Assembly: GCA_049273855.1 (NCBI GenBank)
Contig: JBASRN010000295.1
Location: forward strand, 3,931-67,930
DNA: 64,000 bases
From: Blastocatellia bacterium
GTDB lineage: Bacteria; Acidobacteriota; Blastocatellia; UBA7656
Reading direction: 5' to 3'
The position numbers were made by a program, and so were the translations under genes. Positions within the stretch are counted from its first letter, which is position 1, and each line of letters starts with the position of its first letter. Shown piece after piece: positions 30,465 to 40,802 of this stretch. Below the pieces are notes generated by a model. That model searched no databases. It was given only the letters and a program-made list of their open reading frames with translations, and was not told the DNA's origin.

Positions 30465-30522
30465 CTGAGTCTCGCACAGGAAGGGTCGTTAGTTTCAGAA
30501 CTCGATACTGGAGGAGAATACG

Positions 30523-31755
<1,233 letters not shown>

Positions 31756-31799
31756 CAGCGGTCTGATTCTCTTCGGTTAGAACCTCGTTTAGGATTGAA

Positions 31800-31832
31800 G
31801 GGCCGATTCAACCTGTCCGGTTGAATCGGCCC
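31800..31832. other. perfect 14-bp stem / 5-nt loop hairpin immediately 5' of paralog 6
   Basis: GGGCCGATTCAACC-TGTCC-GGTTGAATCGGCCC. No U-tract follows. It ends 1 nt before the ATG at 31834. Confidence 0.5.
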
Positions 31833-31833
31833 G

Positions 31834-33180
31834 ATGAGTATGAAGAGGAAGAGCGACACGGCGACGGGGCGACGGAGCGACGCGGCGATCGGACGATCGC
31901 CCTCTGCGTCTCTGCGTTTGGGCGTCTCGGCGTTGATTCTGACCACCTTGTTCTTTGTTGACTCGTGGTTCGGTCGGGCTTTCGCGCACGAGCCGATCAC
32001 CACGAAAGTCAGATTCAACAAAGAAGTGGTGCGCGTCTTGCAGCGGAACTGTTTGGGTTGTCATCACACTGGTGGCTTGGCGATGTCGCTTGCGGCCTAC
32101 GACGAGGCTCGGCCGTGGGCAAAGGCAATCAAGGAAGAGCTGCTTGAGAAGCGTATGCCGCCGTGGCACGCGGTGCGGGGCTACGGCGAGTTTCGCAACG
32201 CTCCTACGATCACGCAACGCGAGATCGATTTGATCGTGAACTGGGTCGAAGGCGGCGCCCCAAAGGGCGACGACAAGGACTTACCGGATGGTCCGCTCTA
32301 TTCCGGTGAGGGGCAGTTAGGCGCCCCTGACCTGATCCTAAAGCCTCAGTCAGAGGCTCAAGTAGCAGCGGACGCCGACGAGCATCGCGGCTTATCGCTG
32401 GCGACTGATCTGAAAGAAGACCGCTGGCTAACGGCGATTGACCTTCGCCCGGGCAACGGCTCGGTAGTTCATTGTGCCACGTTCAATATTGAAGCCGCCG
32501 CAGTGGGCGATCCCGCGATGCCCGCGCGAATGAGTTCCGGCGTCGAGCGTTCGATGTCTCCTCCCGGGGCCGCACGAACACCAGCCTCCAACGCCATCGT
32601 TGCCACGTGGGCGCCGGGACAGCGAACAGTGGCGTTGCCTGACGGCATCGCGCAGCTTCTACCCGCAGGCTCGCGCATCGGTGTTACGATTCATTATCGC
32701 GGCGCCGGCGAAGCGGTGCAAGACCTGAGCGAAGTCAGTTTGTATTTCGCCGAGACCGCGCCTCGCAAACAGATTAGGCAGATCGCCATCACGGACCCCG
32801 ACGCGATCATTCCCGCAGCCACGGAACTTCAGCGCTTCAAGAAATCAGTCACGATTCAGGATGACGCAGAAGGAATCGCGATTCGTCCGCGAGTGCATCC
32901 GGTTGTGGCTTCGGTTCAGGCTACGGCGTTCCGGCCGGATGGCACGCAAGAGATTTTGATATGGACGCGCGGCTACCAGTTTGACTGGCAGCAGACTTAC
33001 TACTTCAAGCAGCCAATCGCGCTGCCAAAGGGAACGCGTGTTGAAGTGATAGCCTACTTCGACAACTCCGACAACAACCCAAAGAACCCGAACGACCCGG
33101 CCAAGCCGATGCGCTGGTCCGATCTAACGCAGGAACCGCTCTTTGCTCTTCTCGTAACAAGAACGCGTAACGCCGACTAG
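31834..33180 (+). CDS. array paralog 6 (most divergent): cytochrome c + PHM-like monooxygenase fusion
   Basis: NCLGCHHTGG heme motif. MPPWHAVRGYGEF. Conserved C-terminal YFDNSDNNPKNP block and FDWQ motif. Cu-site residues less conserved than in paralogs 1-5. Confidence 0.65.
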   Translation: MSMKRKSDTATGRRSDAAIGRSPSASLRLGVSALILTTLFFVDSWFGRAFAHEPITTKVRFNKEVVRVLQRNCLGCHHTGGLAMSLAAYDEARPWAKAIKEELLEKRMPPWHAVRGYGEFRNAPTITQREIDLIVNWVEGGAPKGDDKDLPDGPLYSGEGQLGAPDLILKPQSEAQVAADADEHRGLSLATDLKEDRWLTAIDLRPGNGSVVHCATFNIEAAAVGDPAMPARMSSGVERSMSPPGAARTPASNAIVATWAPGQRTVALPDGIAQLLPAGSRIGVTIHYRGAGEAVQDLSEVSLYFAETAPRKQIRQIAITDPDAIIPAATELQRFKKSVTIQDDAEGIAIRPRVHPVVASVQATAFRPDGTQEILIWTRGYQFDWQQTYYFKQPIALPKGTRVEVIAYFDNSDNNPKNPNDPAKPMRWSDLTQEPLFALLVTRTRNAD

Positions 33181-33387
33181 TCAGGCGGTAGACGCAAGCT
33201 TCGGTTACCACCACCACGCAGACCGGACGCGACCAATCGCCTTGATTGGTGGATTGATTCCAAAAACAAGCTGTGCAATACTCGGGCAACCGAGCCTCGG
33301 GTTGGTGAGTACCAAGGTAGCTCAGGCACGAAGAAGGCGAGCCGTTCAGTCCCGTCAGCACAAGATCTCTTACAGGAGGCTGAGTGT

Positions 33388-34518
33388 ATGTATGACTGCT
33401 TTATTTCTTATTCCAGTAAAGATGGGCTAGATCTTGCGAAATCGGTTGCCGCGATTCTCGAGAAAACATATTTGATGGACGTCTTTCTCGCCGAAGAGAA
33501 TCAGGGTACTGCCGGCATAGATTCGAAGGTAAAGGAGGCAATAACACAGTCCGGGAGATTTTTGGTTTTGTACACTCCCGGCGCTGTAACATCAGAATGG
33601 GTCAAGGGAGAGACGGCCATAGCATTGGATATGCAAAAGAACATGATTGTGTGCAGAAGCCGTGACGTGTCGAGGGAGAGTCTGCCTGTTCGGCTTGTCG
33701 AAAAAGAGCATATTGTATTCACCATCGAGAGTGAACTGCTACGGCTCCTTGCAGAATTAGGAGAGCGAGAATGGGGCATCCCTCTGATTATCCCGGCTGG
33801 CGGCACGGCGGGGGGATTGTATCCGTTGAACATAGGTATGCCGAAGATCCTTCTACCCGTTGAGAAGAAACCGCTCCTGCACCACATCGTCGATAAGTTG
33901 GACGCTACTGTGTTTTCAAAGGCCATAATCCTGACCAATCATTTCTTTGAGATGATCGAATATCACGTCAGCTCGCTCAAGACTAACGTTCCGTTGAAGT
34001 GCATAAGGACATCGGCCCCGACGCTTCCGTCGGCTCTAAAAGAGATATCGCCGGCCACTACTTTCATGGTTCACTACTCGGACATCATCATCGACGGGGA
34101 TTTTGACTGGCGTGATTTCCTAGCCCACCACAAGCACCACAGAAATCTACACGGCGTCATTGGCACTTTAATGGCGAGCGACAAGTATAAGCTGCCCGTT
34201 GGCCGAATAAAGACCGGACCGCAACAGTTGATTACAGATTTCGCGGAGAAACCACAACGTATCGAGGCCGTTGGCTATGCTATTAATATGGCCGTGTCGA
34301 TTTTTGAGCCAGAGTTTCTCGTTGGAGTGGAGGAGACGGATAGAAGCCTCTACGGAGATACCCTCAAGAGGGCGATGGAACAAAATAAGAAGTTTTGCAT
34401 CTACAGTCACGACCGGTGGCGTCACATTCAGACCCTGGGTGATTGGTATGAAGTCCAGTCGGATTATTTCAGAACCGAAGAAGGCCTCTACGCCTTGGTT
34501 CCGAGTTCACGGGATTGA
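33388..34518 (+). CDS. TIR domain - sugar-nucleotidyltransferase (NTP_transferase/RmlA-GlmU-like) fusion protein
   Basis: N-terminus CFISYSSKD plus SEWVKGE box, typical of TIR. Middle: PAGGTAGGLYPLNIGMPKILLPVEKKPLLHHIV matches the G-rich pyrophosphorylase signature. AGGAGG RBS. GC about 48-50% against about 62% flanks. Confidence 0.75.
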   Translation: MYDCFISYSSKDGLDLAKSVAAILEKTYLMDVFLAEENQGTAGIDSKVKEAITQSGRFLVLYTPGAVTSEWVKGETAIALDMQKNMIVCRSRDVSRESLPVRLVEKEHIVFTIESELLRLLAELGEREWGIPLIIPAGGTAGGLYPLNIGMPKILLPVEKKPLLHHIVDKLDATVFSKAIILTNHFFEMIEYHVSSLKTNVPLKCIRTSAPTLPSALKEISPATTFMVHYSDIIIDGDFDWRDFLAHHKHHRNLHGVIGTLMASDKYKLPVGRIKTGPQQLITDFAEKPQRIEAVGYAINMAVSIFEPEFLVGVEETDRSLYGDTLKRAMEQNKKFCIYSHDRWRHIQTLGDWYEVQSDYFRTEEGLYALVPSSRD

Positions 34519-34540
34519 GGCCGGCGGCTCCAAAGCGCGC

Positions 34541-34678
34541 GTCTCGAACGACGCGGCGAAACAAGTGCGCTGGTCCGAACTTGCCCGCGATCCCATATTC
34601 ACGTGCTTACTGCGAGCATCCGCGCGCTTGGTGAGCGGACGAGCCGACGCTGATACAGAATTCTCTTTGGGAGTTTGA
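34541..34678 (+). pseudogene. 3' remnant of a seventh cytochrome-c/PHM-like paralog (C-terminal 40-45 codons only)
   Basis: Translation ...NDAAKQVRWSELARDPIFTCLLRASARL... aligns with the paralog 6 C-terminus NDPAKPMRWSDLTQEPLFALLVTRTRN. DNA identity about 70%. No upstream body is present. Confidence 0.45.
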
Positions 34679-34701
34679 GGGGCGGCGACTAACCGCCCCT
34701 C
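34677..34701. terminator. 9-bp perfect hairpin between convergent gene ends (putative bidirectional terminator)
   Basis: GAGGGGCGG-CGACTAA-CCGCCCCTC lying between the stops at 34678 (+) and 34707 (-). No clear U-tract. Confidence 0.4.
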
Positions 34702-34706
34702 AACTG

Positions 34707-35420
34707 CTACTTCGTGACGTCTTTGGACGTGATGTCGATCGTGATCATAAAACCGTTCGTGCCTTTGTACTCGAACTTCTTTTCGCCGACCCGATAGGCC
34801 TCGACATCGTTGGGCATCATCACGAAGCCGCTGTTTCTTGGAACCCCAAAGTATTTGAGGTTGTGAATCACGATTGGATCGTTAGTCATTCCGGGAAAGC
34901 GGTTGAGCACGACTTCCGCAGTTTTACCGTCATCGATCCGAGCTTCAGCGCGATCCTTGCCGGCCTTCCAGTCTATCTTTCCGTCTTTGGCTACGGCGAA
35001 CGATTTCCATTTCACCGGATAGACGTGACCCAGAATCGTGGCGATTCCCTCGCGCTGTGCTTTTGTCACCGAAGAATCGAAGGTCAGGACAGCCCAGTCC
35101 ATTTGAGCCATCGAGAAGTCACCGCCGAGATCGCCGGAAACCCAGAACTTGGCGCCGTCGAGCTTCACCGAGCCGTAGTTCCCACTGTTAACCTGAAACG
35201 CGTTGTTGAACTTGCAGAAGTGCTCGCCGCCCGCGCCGTGTCCCGCGTGGGACGCCGGTTTGGTGTTGAAGTAGCACTGGCAGAACATCGGACAACTGCA
35301 CGCCTCGATGATGGTCGCCTTCATCGCCCAGTCGGGGGCGGCAGATTTGGCCTGAGCGGCGGCCGATCCAACGTTGCCTAAAAGGAACAAGAGAAATGTA
35401 AGGAAAACGAGTTTTCGCAT
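34707..35420 (-). CDS. DUF1326 family secreted protein
   Basis: Signal peptide and the CSCPMFCQC motif characteristic of DUF1326. Confidence 0.65.
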   Translation of the reverse strand: MRKLVFLTFLLFLLGNVGSAAAQAKSAAPDWAMKATIIEACSCPMFCQCYFNTKPASHAGHGAGGEHFCKFNNAFQVNSGNYGSVKLDGAKFWVSGDLGGDFSMAQMDWAVLTFDSSVTKAQREGIATILGHVYPVKWKSFAVAKDGKIDWKAGKDRAEARIDDGKTAEVVLNRFPGMTNDPIVIHNLKYFGVPRNSGFVMMPNDVEAYRVGEKKFEYKGTNGFMITIDITSKDVTK

Positions 35421-35697
35421 GCGAATACCTCCTTCAAAGGTGCGAGTTCTGTGCGACCGCCGCGCTCGGGGTCCGCATTAGTAAGTCGGACGGCTAAGCG
35501 CCGCGGTCGCGTATTCGATTTTGAACAAGATCTGGAGCGCCGTCGGCAAAGTGAGGTGTTCGACCAGCGGAAGCTCCGGCTAGCGAGGCTTGCGGATTCC
35601 AATAGGGCCAAATCTACGATACCTCGCCCTGAACCACAGCAATCTTGTCCCTGGCGCCTCGCTTTGTCAAACGACTCCGGCGCCAATAATCTACCGC

Positions 35698-36117
35698 TCA
35701 TTGAGCCGACGATAGGGTTTGCGGCTCTAGCTGAACGAGCTGCTGCTTCGGTGCGAGGTGATCTGCCGCTTCGAGCTGCCACAAACAATCGGCGACTCCG
35801 AAGGGGCCGTTCATTCTCCCGTCGTAATCCCGGCACATCTGCGGGCGCGTCTCGTACACACTGCAGACATAGTTTATCGCGCCGGCGTCTGTCTTGATCT
35901 CTTGAAGCGCGTTGCAACGCTGCGGAATCGAGAAGTAGTACTCGGAGCGCCCGCGCTTCTGAACGTAATCAATCTTGAACCCGTGAAGCTCCATCCAATG
36001 AATCTCATCGCGCGCGTCGTCATCGACCTCGCCTCCGAAGAACGTCATCGACATGCAGCACTTGCCGCAGATCAGACAGAGCTCGGATTTTCGCTTGGCG
36101 GACAATCGCTTTTTCAT
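35698..36117 (-). CDS. YkgJ/UPF0153 family Fe-S/zinc-chelating domain protein (CxxCxxCC)
   Basis: CLICGKCC motif and additional Cys residues. Start placed at the internal MKKRLS (36117). Confidence 0.55.
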   Translation of the reverse strand: MKKRLSAKRKSELCLICGKCCMSMTFFGGEVDDDARDEIHWMELHGFKIDYVQKRGRSEYYFSIPQRCNALQEIKTDAGAINYVCSVYETRPQMCRDYDGRMNGPFGVADCLWQLEAADHLAPKQQLVQLEPQTLSSAQ

Positions 36118-36404
36118 TTCGTTTTCCTCTTTGAAGGAGTTATCAAGACGGGGCGAGTATACCCGATTCGACTCAGCGCATAAACTTGCGTCGAATGGCG
36201 AGCGCGAGCAGCGCGGCTTGCACGGGTCCGAGGATGGTTTCAAGAAGGACCAACGTTTGCGCCGTGCCGGTTAGCGGCTTCGGCTCGGGCTTCTGCAAGC
36301 TCATCACCGCAAGGCTGTATGTCCAGACGCGTTGGATTGACAATGGCTGGCCGATGGTATCAGGCTCCGCTGCGGGCGCAAGATTAGCAGTTGGCGTTTC
36401 CGGT

Positions 36405-37118
36405 TTACTCTCGGGTTTTGTGAAACCGACTTGCGTGTAGAGCGAGGCGAAGACAATCCACACAGCCAAACCCCACAAGAAGGCGAGCCAAATGCGCTCT
36501 CCGTAGCCGCTCGCCGCCCAGTACAGCAGATGCAGCCAGTCTTGTCTTCCAGAGCGTCCAGCCCTTCCACTTGTTAAGACGCGCGAGATCCATAGCCCAG
36601 TATCGGAAATTCGATGCTTCCTCGTAGCGGTTATTTGTTTCGGCGTTTTCCGCGAGCTGGCGGCAGGCTATGGCGAGAAGACGGTTCAGTTGAAGCTTGC
36701 GCTCAGGGCTGTTCGGGGAGGAAGCCTCGTTTGCTTCCAGCGCTGCGATCTCTTGTTTGATGCTGATGCGGTCCTACTCCCACCGGACATCGGTGAAGAC
36801 GAACTGGCGAGAGTCCACGTTTACGAACCAGTGAGGGCGCAGGATGAGTGTATGGAAGGCTATTCGATCAGGGTGCTCGATCCTGACGTGCTGAAAGTCG
36901 AGCGATGGATCATTGCCAAGGGACATCGCTGCCAGGTTGGCGCCGTCGTTCAATTGCCTCTCGGTTGCGCTTCCGAAAAACCGAACAGAGTCGTTAAGAG
37001 AGGCGCTACGGAAATCTGCCCCAGCATGAAAAACTGAGAGGTCGAAACCCGCAGCCGCGCTGAACGTGGCATGGATGAAGTCCGCACCTGCGCTGAACGT
37101 GGCCCCGCTGAAATCCAC
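36405..37118 (-). pseudogene. pentapeptide-repeat protein gene interrupted by an in-frame TAG (36774-36776)
   Basis: The N-terminal 114 codons show 5-residue periodicity (DFSGA TFSAG ADFIH ATFSA...). The same frame continues protein-like for about 120 more codons after a single TAG. Confidence 0.4.
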
Positions 37119-37164
37119 CGCGTGTTGGGTCGGCTGTGCTCACAACGCATGCTAGACTTGAGCC

Positions 37165-37494
37165 GTGGCGACACGGATCACCGAGAGCGATGTGCTCGTA
37201 AGGATCAAGCGCGCGGTCCTCGCTGGTCGCTATGCATTCAGTGAAAAGGCGCGTTTGGAGATGGAAGCTGACCGTATCACGGAGCTTGATGTCGCGGAGG
37301 CGATTCTTAACGCAGTGGCGATCTTCAAGAAAATCCGGTCAACTAATCCACTGCGCAAGCGGCCCCGAGAATACCTTTACATCATACAGAGCACAAACCT
37401 TGAAGGCTTGCTCATCTATACAAAAGGCAAGCTCGTCAAGGAAGGAGGACATGATAGCTACTACTTTCTGGTATCATCCAAAAGAGCGATATGA
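37165..37494 (+). CDS. DUF4258 domain protein (putative toxin of a TA-like pair)
   Basis: 109 aa matching the DUF4258 size range. Overlaps the next gene by ATGA. Confidence 0.55.
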   Translation: MATRITESDVLVRIKRAVLAGRYAFSEKARLEMEADRITELDVAEAILNAVAIFKKIRSTNPLRKRPREYLYIIQSTNLEGLLIYTKGKLVKEGGHDSYYFLVSSKRAI

Positions 37495-37760
37495 CGATGA
37501 CCAAACTCAACATCAAAACCTGTCCGTCTTGTGACGGAAAGAGAATTAAGAGAGTTTGCGGGAATTGGACCGGTACCTTCAAGGGGGAAACATACACTGT
37601 TCCTAACTTGGAGTACTACGAGTGTCCAGACTGCGGAGAAAGAATCTACGACCGAGAAGCTATGAGAGAGATTGAGTCGCATTCACCCGCATTCGAGCGC
37701 CCGAAGCGGAAACGCAAGCCTGCTCGATCTACGCGATCCGCGACATCCCTCCGGCCTTAA
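37491..37760 (+). CDS. YgiT/MqsA-type zinc-ribbon protein (putative antitoxin partner)
   Basis: CPSCDG...CPDCGE double CxxC zinc ribbon. 89 aa. Translationally coupled to the DUF4258 gene. Confidence 0.55.
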   Translation: MTMTKLNIKTCPSCDGKRIKRVCGNWTGTFKGETYTVPNLEYYECPDCGERIYDREAMREIESHSPAFERPKRKRKPARSTRSATSLRP

Positions 37761-37778
37761 TGATTCGTCCAAGACTTT

Positions 37779-40556
37779 CTACGCCGTCCGCGATATTGAT
37801 TGCTCACTCCCCAGAGCCGCTTGAGCCGCCGCCAATCGCGCGATCGGCACTCGATATGGTGAACACGACACGTAGCTCAACCCAATACGATGACAGAACC
37901 CGACCGAAGCCGGTTCCCCACCGTGCTCGCCGCAGATGCCTACCTTCAAATCACTGCGAGTCGCGCGGCCCCGCTCCGTGCCCATCTTGACCAGTTCACC
38001 CACGCCTTCCTGATCCAGCACCTGGAATGGATCGTTCTGCAGGATCTGGTGCTCCATGTAAAACGGCAGGAACTTGCCTGAGTCGTCGCGCGATATCCCA
38101 TATGTTGTCTGAGTCAGATCGTTGGTCCCGAAAGAGAAGAACTCGGCGACCTCGGCGATTTTGTCGGCGGTGAGCGCCGCTCGTGGAAGCTCGATCATCG
38201 TGCCGACCAGATACTCGATCTCCTGCTTGGTTTCTTTCATAACTTCTGCGGCGACGCGGCGCACGAGGCCGGCTTGCAGCTTCAGCTCACTTACCATGCT
38301 CACCAGCGGAATCATTATTTCGGGCAGCACCTTCACGCCCTTCTTCTGAACGCGCGCAGCCGCTTCGAAAATCGCGCGCGCTTGCATCTCTGTTATCTCG
38401 GGGAAGACCACTCCAAGCCGGCAGCCGCGATGCCCGAGCATCGGGTTGGCCTCGTGCAGCGTTTGAACGCTTGACCAGAGATGCTTTGCCTTCACCTTCA
38501 GCTTGCGAGCGAGCGCCCTGGTTTCTTCTTCGGTGTGCGGGAGGAATTCGTGGAGCGGCGGATCGAGCGTTCGGATCGTGACCGGCTGTCCGTCCATCGC
38601 TCGGAAGATGCCCTCGAAGTCTTTGCGTTGGAGCTTGAGCAGTTGAGCGAGCCCGCCTAAGTACATGTGCTTCGGCTCCTCGATTTCCTGCTTGAGCTCT
38701 CGTCTCTGTCGCGCCAACTCCGTTCGCTTCCCGTGAGATCCGGTGCGCCTCGCCTCGCCTTCAACCCTAGCGATCTCGCGTTCGAGCTTTTTGTAGTCCA
38801 GCGAGCCGAGGATCATCTGCCGCACGAGGTCGATGCGATCGCCTTCGAAAAACATATGCTCGGTGCGGCAGAGCCCTATGCCTTCCGCGCCAAAGCCGCG
38901 AGCCACTCCAGCATCGTCGGGGGTGTCGGCATTCGCGCGCACCCGGATCGTGCGATAGGTATCGGCAAATTTCATTAGCTGGTGAAAGTCCTCGCCAAGC
39001 ACCGGATCGACGACCGGCGCCTGGCCGTCGATCACGCGGCCCGTCGTGCCGTCGATCGTGATCCAATCGCCTCGCCGAACGCGATAGCCGTTCGCGGTGA
39101 ACTCGTTCTTTGCGTAGTCGATGTCAACGTCGCCCGCGCCCACTATGCAGGGCTTGCCCCAGCCGCGCGCGACCACTGCGGCGTGCGAGGTAGGTCCGCC
39201 GGTCGAGGTGAGAATCCCCTGGGCTGCGTCCATTCCACGCACGTCTTCGGGCGAAGTTTCGCGGCGCACGAGAATGACCTGGTGCCCGTCTACCGCCCAT
39301 TGTTCGGCATCGCGAGGCGTGAACACGACCTGGCCGGCGGCCGCGCCCGGGCTTGCGTTGATGCCTTGAGCCAGGACCTTAACCGAAGCCTTAGGATCTA
39401 TGGTCTTGTGGAGCAATTGATCCAGATCGCCGGGCGGCACGCGAAGCACGGCCGTTCGCTCGTCGATCAATCCTTCGCGCGTCATATCGACCGCGATCTT
39501 CACGGCAGCCGGGCCGGTGCGTTTTCCATTTCGAGTTTGAAGCATCCACAGTTTGCCGCGCTCGACCGTGAACTCGAGGTCCTGCATATCGCGGTAGTGG
39601 CGTTCGAGCTTTTCGGCGACTTCGACGAACTGCTTGTAGATTTGGGGCATGTCCTGGTTCAGCTCGTCGATGTGCTTGGGGGTGCGAATGCCCGCTACAA
39701 CATCTTCGCCCTGGGCGTTAGCGAGGTAGTCGCCGAACAACTTCTTCTCGCCGGTCGCGGGGTTGCGGGTAAAGGCAACGCCGGTGCCCGAGTCCGCGCC
39801 CATGTTGCCGAACACCATCGTGACGATGTTGACCGCGGTGCCGAGGGTGTCAGGAATCTTCTCACGGCGCCGGTAGGCTATAGCGCGGTCGCCGTTCCAC
39901 GAACGAAAAACGGCCTTCACTGCTTCCTGAAGTTGTCGATGCGGGTCGGTGGGAAAAGCCAGACCGCTGTGGCCCTTGACGATCTTCCTGAAGTCCTTGC
40001 AGATGTTTTTCAGATCTTTGGCTGTGAGATCGGTGTCCAGTGCCGCTTTGGCTTTGCGCTTTGCCTGGCCGAGCGCGTGCTCGAACAGGTCACCGTCGAT
40101 GTTCAGAACGATCTTGCCGAACATCTGGATAAACCGCCGGTACGCGTCGTAAGCGAAACGGCTGTTCTGGGTCAGCCGCGCGAGTCCTTCGAGGGTGTGT
40201 TCGTTGAGACCGAGGTTCAGAACCGTGTCCATCATCCCGGGCATCGAGAACTTCGCGCCCGACCGGACTGAAACCAGCAGCGGGTTTGAAGCGTCGCCGA
40301 ATTTCTTGCCCGTGGCGCGCTCGACTTCGCCCAGCGCTTCGAGCGTTTGTTCCCACATCCCCGCGGGGAACTTGCCGCCCTCCGCATAGTAGGCGTTGCA
40401 GGCTTCGGTGGTGATCGTGAAGCCGGGCGGGACCGGCAATCCGGCGTTGGTCATCTCGGCGAGCCCGGCGCCTTTACCGCCGAGCAGATCCTTCATTTCG
40501 CCGTGTCCGTCTGATCTTCCATTGGCAAAAAGGTAAACGTATTTGTGCGTCATCAA
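37779..40556 (-). CDS. ppdK: pyruvate, phosphate dikinase
   Basis: N-terminal KYVY.F...GGKGAGLAEM, a PEP-utilising His domain and a C-terminal PEP/pyruvate-binding TIM barrel. About 920 aa. The start may be the second Met (40553). Confidence 0.9.
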   Translation of the reverse strand: MMTHKYVYLFANGRSDGHGEMKDLLGGKGAGLAEMTNAGLPVPPGFTITTEACNAYYAEGGKFPAGMWEQTLEALGEVERATGKKFGDASNPLLVSVRSGAKFSMPGMMDTVLNLGLNEHTLEGLARLTQNSRFAYDAYRRFIQMFGKIVLNIDGDLFEHALGQAKRKAKAALDTDLTAKDLKNICKDFRKIVKGHSGLAFPTDPHRQLQEAVKAVFRSWNGDRAIAYRRREKIPDTLGTAVNIVTMVFGNMGADSGTGVAFTRNPATGEKKLFGDYLANAQGEDVVAGIRTPKHIDELNQDMPQIYKQFVEVAEKLERHYRDMQDLEFTVERGKLWMLQTRNGKRTGPAAVKIAVDMTREGLIDERTAVLRVPPGDLDQLLHKTIDPKASVKVLAQGINASPGAAAGQVVFTPRDAEQWAVDGHQVILVRRETSPEDVRGMDAAQGILTSTGGPTSHAAVVARGWGKPCIVGAGDVDIDYAKNEFTANGYRVRRGDWITIDGTTGRVIDGQAPVVDPVLGEDFHQLMKFADTYRTIRVRANADTPDDAGVARGFGAEGIGLCRTEHMFFEGDRIDLVRQMILGSLDYKKLEREIARVEGEARRTGSHGKRTELARQRRELKQEIEEPKHMYLGGLAQLLKLQRKDFEGIFRAMDGQPVTIRTLDPPLHEFLPHTEEETRALARKLKVKAKHLWSSVQTLHEANPMLGHRGCRLGVVFPEITEMQARAIFEAAARVQKKGVKVLPEIMIPLVSMVSELKLQAGLVRRVAAEVMKETKQEIEYLVGTMIELPRAALTADKIAEVAEFFSFGTNDLTQTTYGISRDDSGKFLPFYMEHQILQNDPFQVLDQEGVGELVKMGTERGRATRSDLKVGICGEHGGEPASVGFCHRIGLSYVSCSPYRVPIARLAAAQAALGSEQSISRTA

Positions 40557-40802
40557 GACTCTCCGTTCCGATTCGAGTGGTCATATTGTTGAGAAATTGG
40601 TCTCAAGCAGAACTATATCGAATACTGGATGGTGAAGTGGGTTGTCAAGGTAGCGTCTCAGCGTTGTCTTTCTGTCCTGGCGTCTCCGCGGTTAGAAGGG
40701 TTTCGACGCCCGCGAACCGCAAAGACGCGGAGCCGCAAAGATTTCGCGGAGAGACGATTATGCAGAAACACTACCGCCGAAGGAATGAGAGGTAGCGGAT
40801 GG

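Noticed and set aside
33181-33387. Searched the TIR-gene flanks for tRNA, integrase, inverted repeats or direct target-site duplications
   Set aside because: No tRNA-like cloverleaf, transposase ORF or terminal inverted repeat could be recognised. Only the paralog remnant downstream supports insertion.
36173-36478. 101-aa minus-strand ORF with a hydrophobic N-terminus between the YkgJ gene and the pentapeptide pseudogene
   Set aside because: It is in a different frame from, and partly overlaps, the continuation of the pentapeptide-repeat reading frame. I cannot distinguish a small membrane protein from a frameshifted pseudogene fragment, so it was not called.
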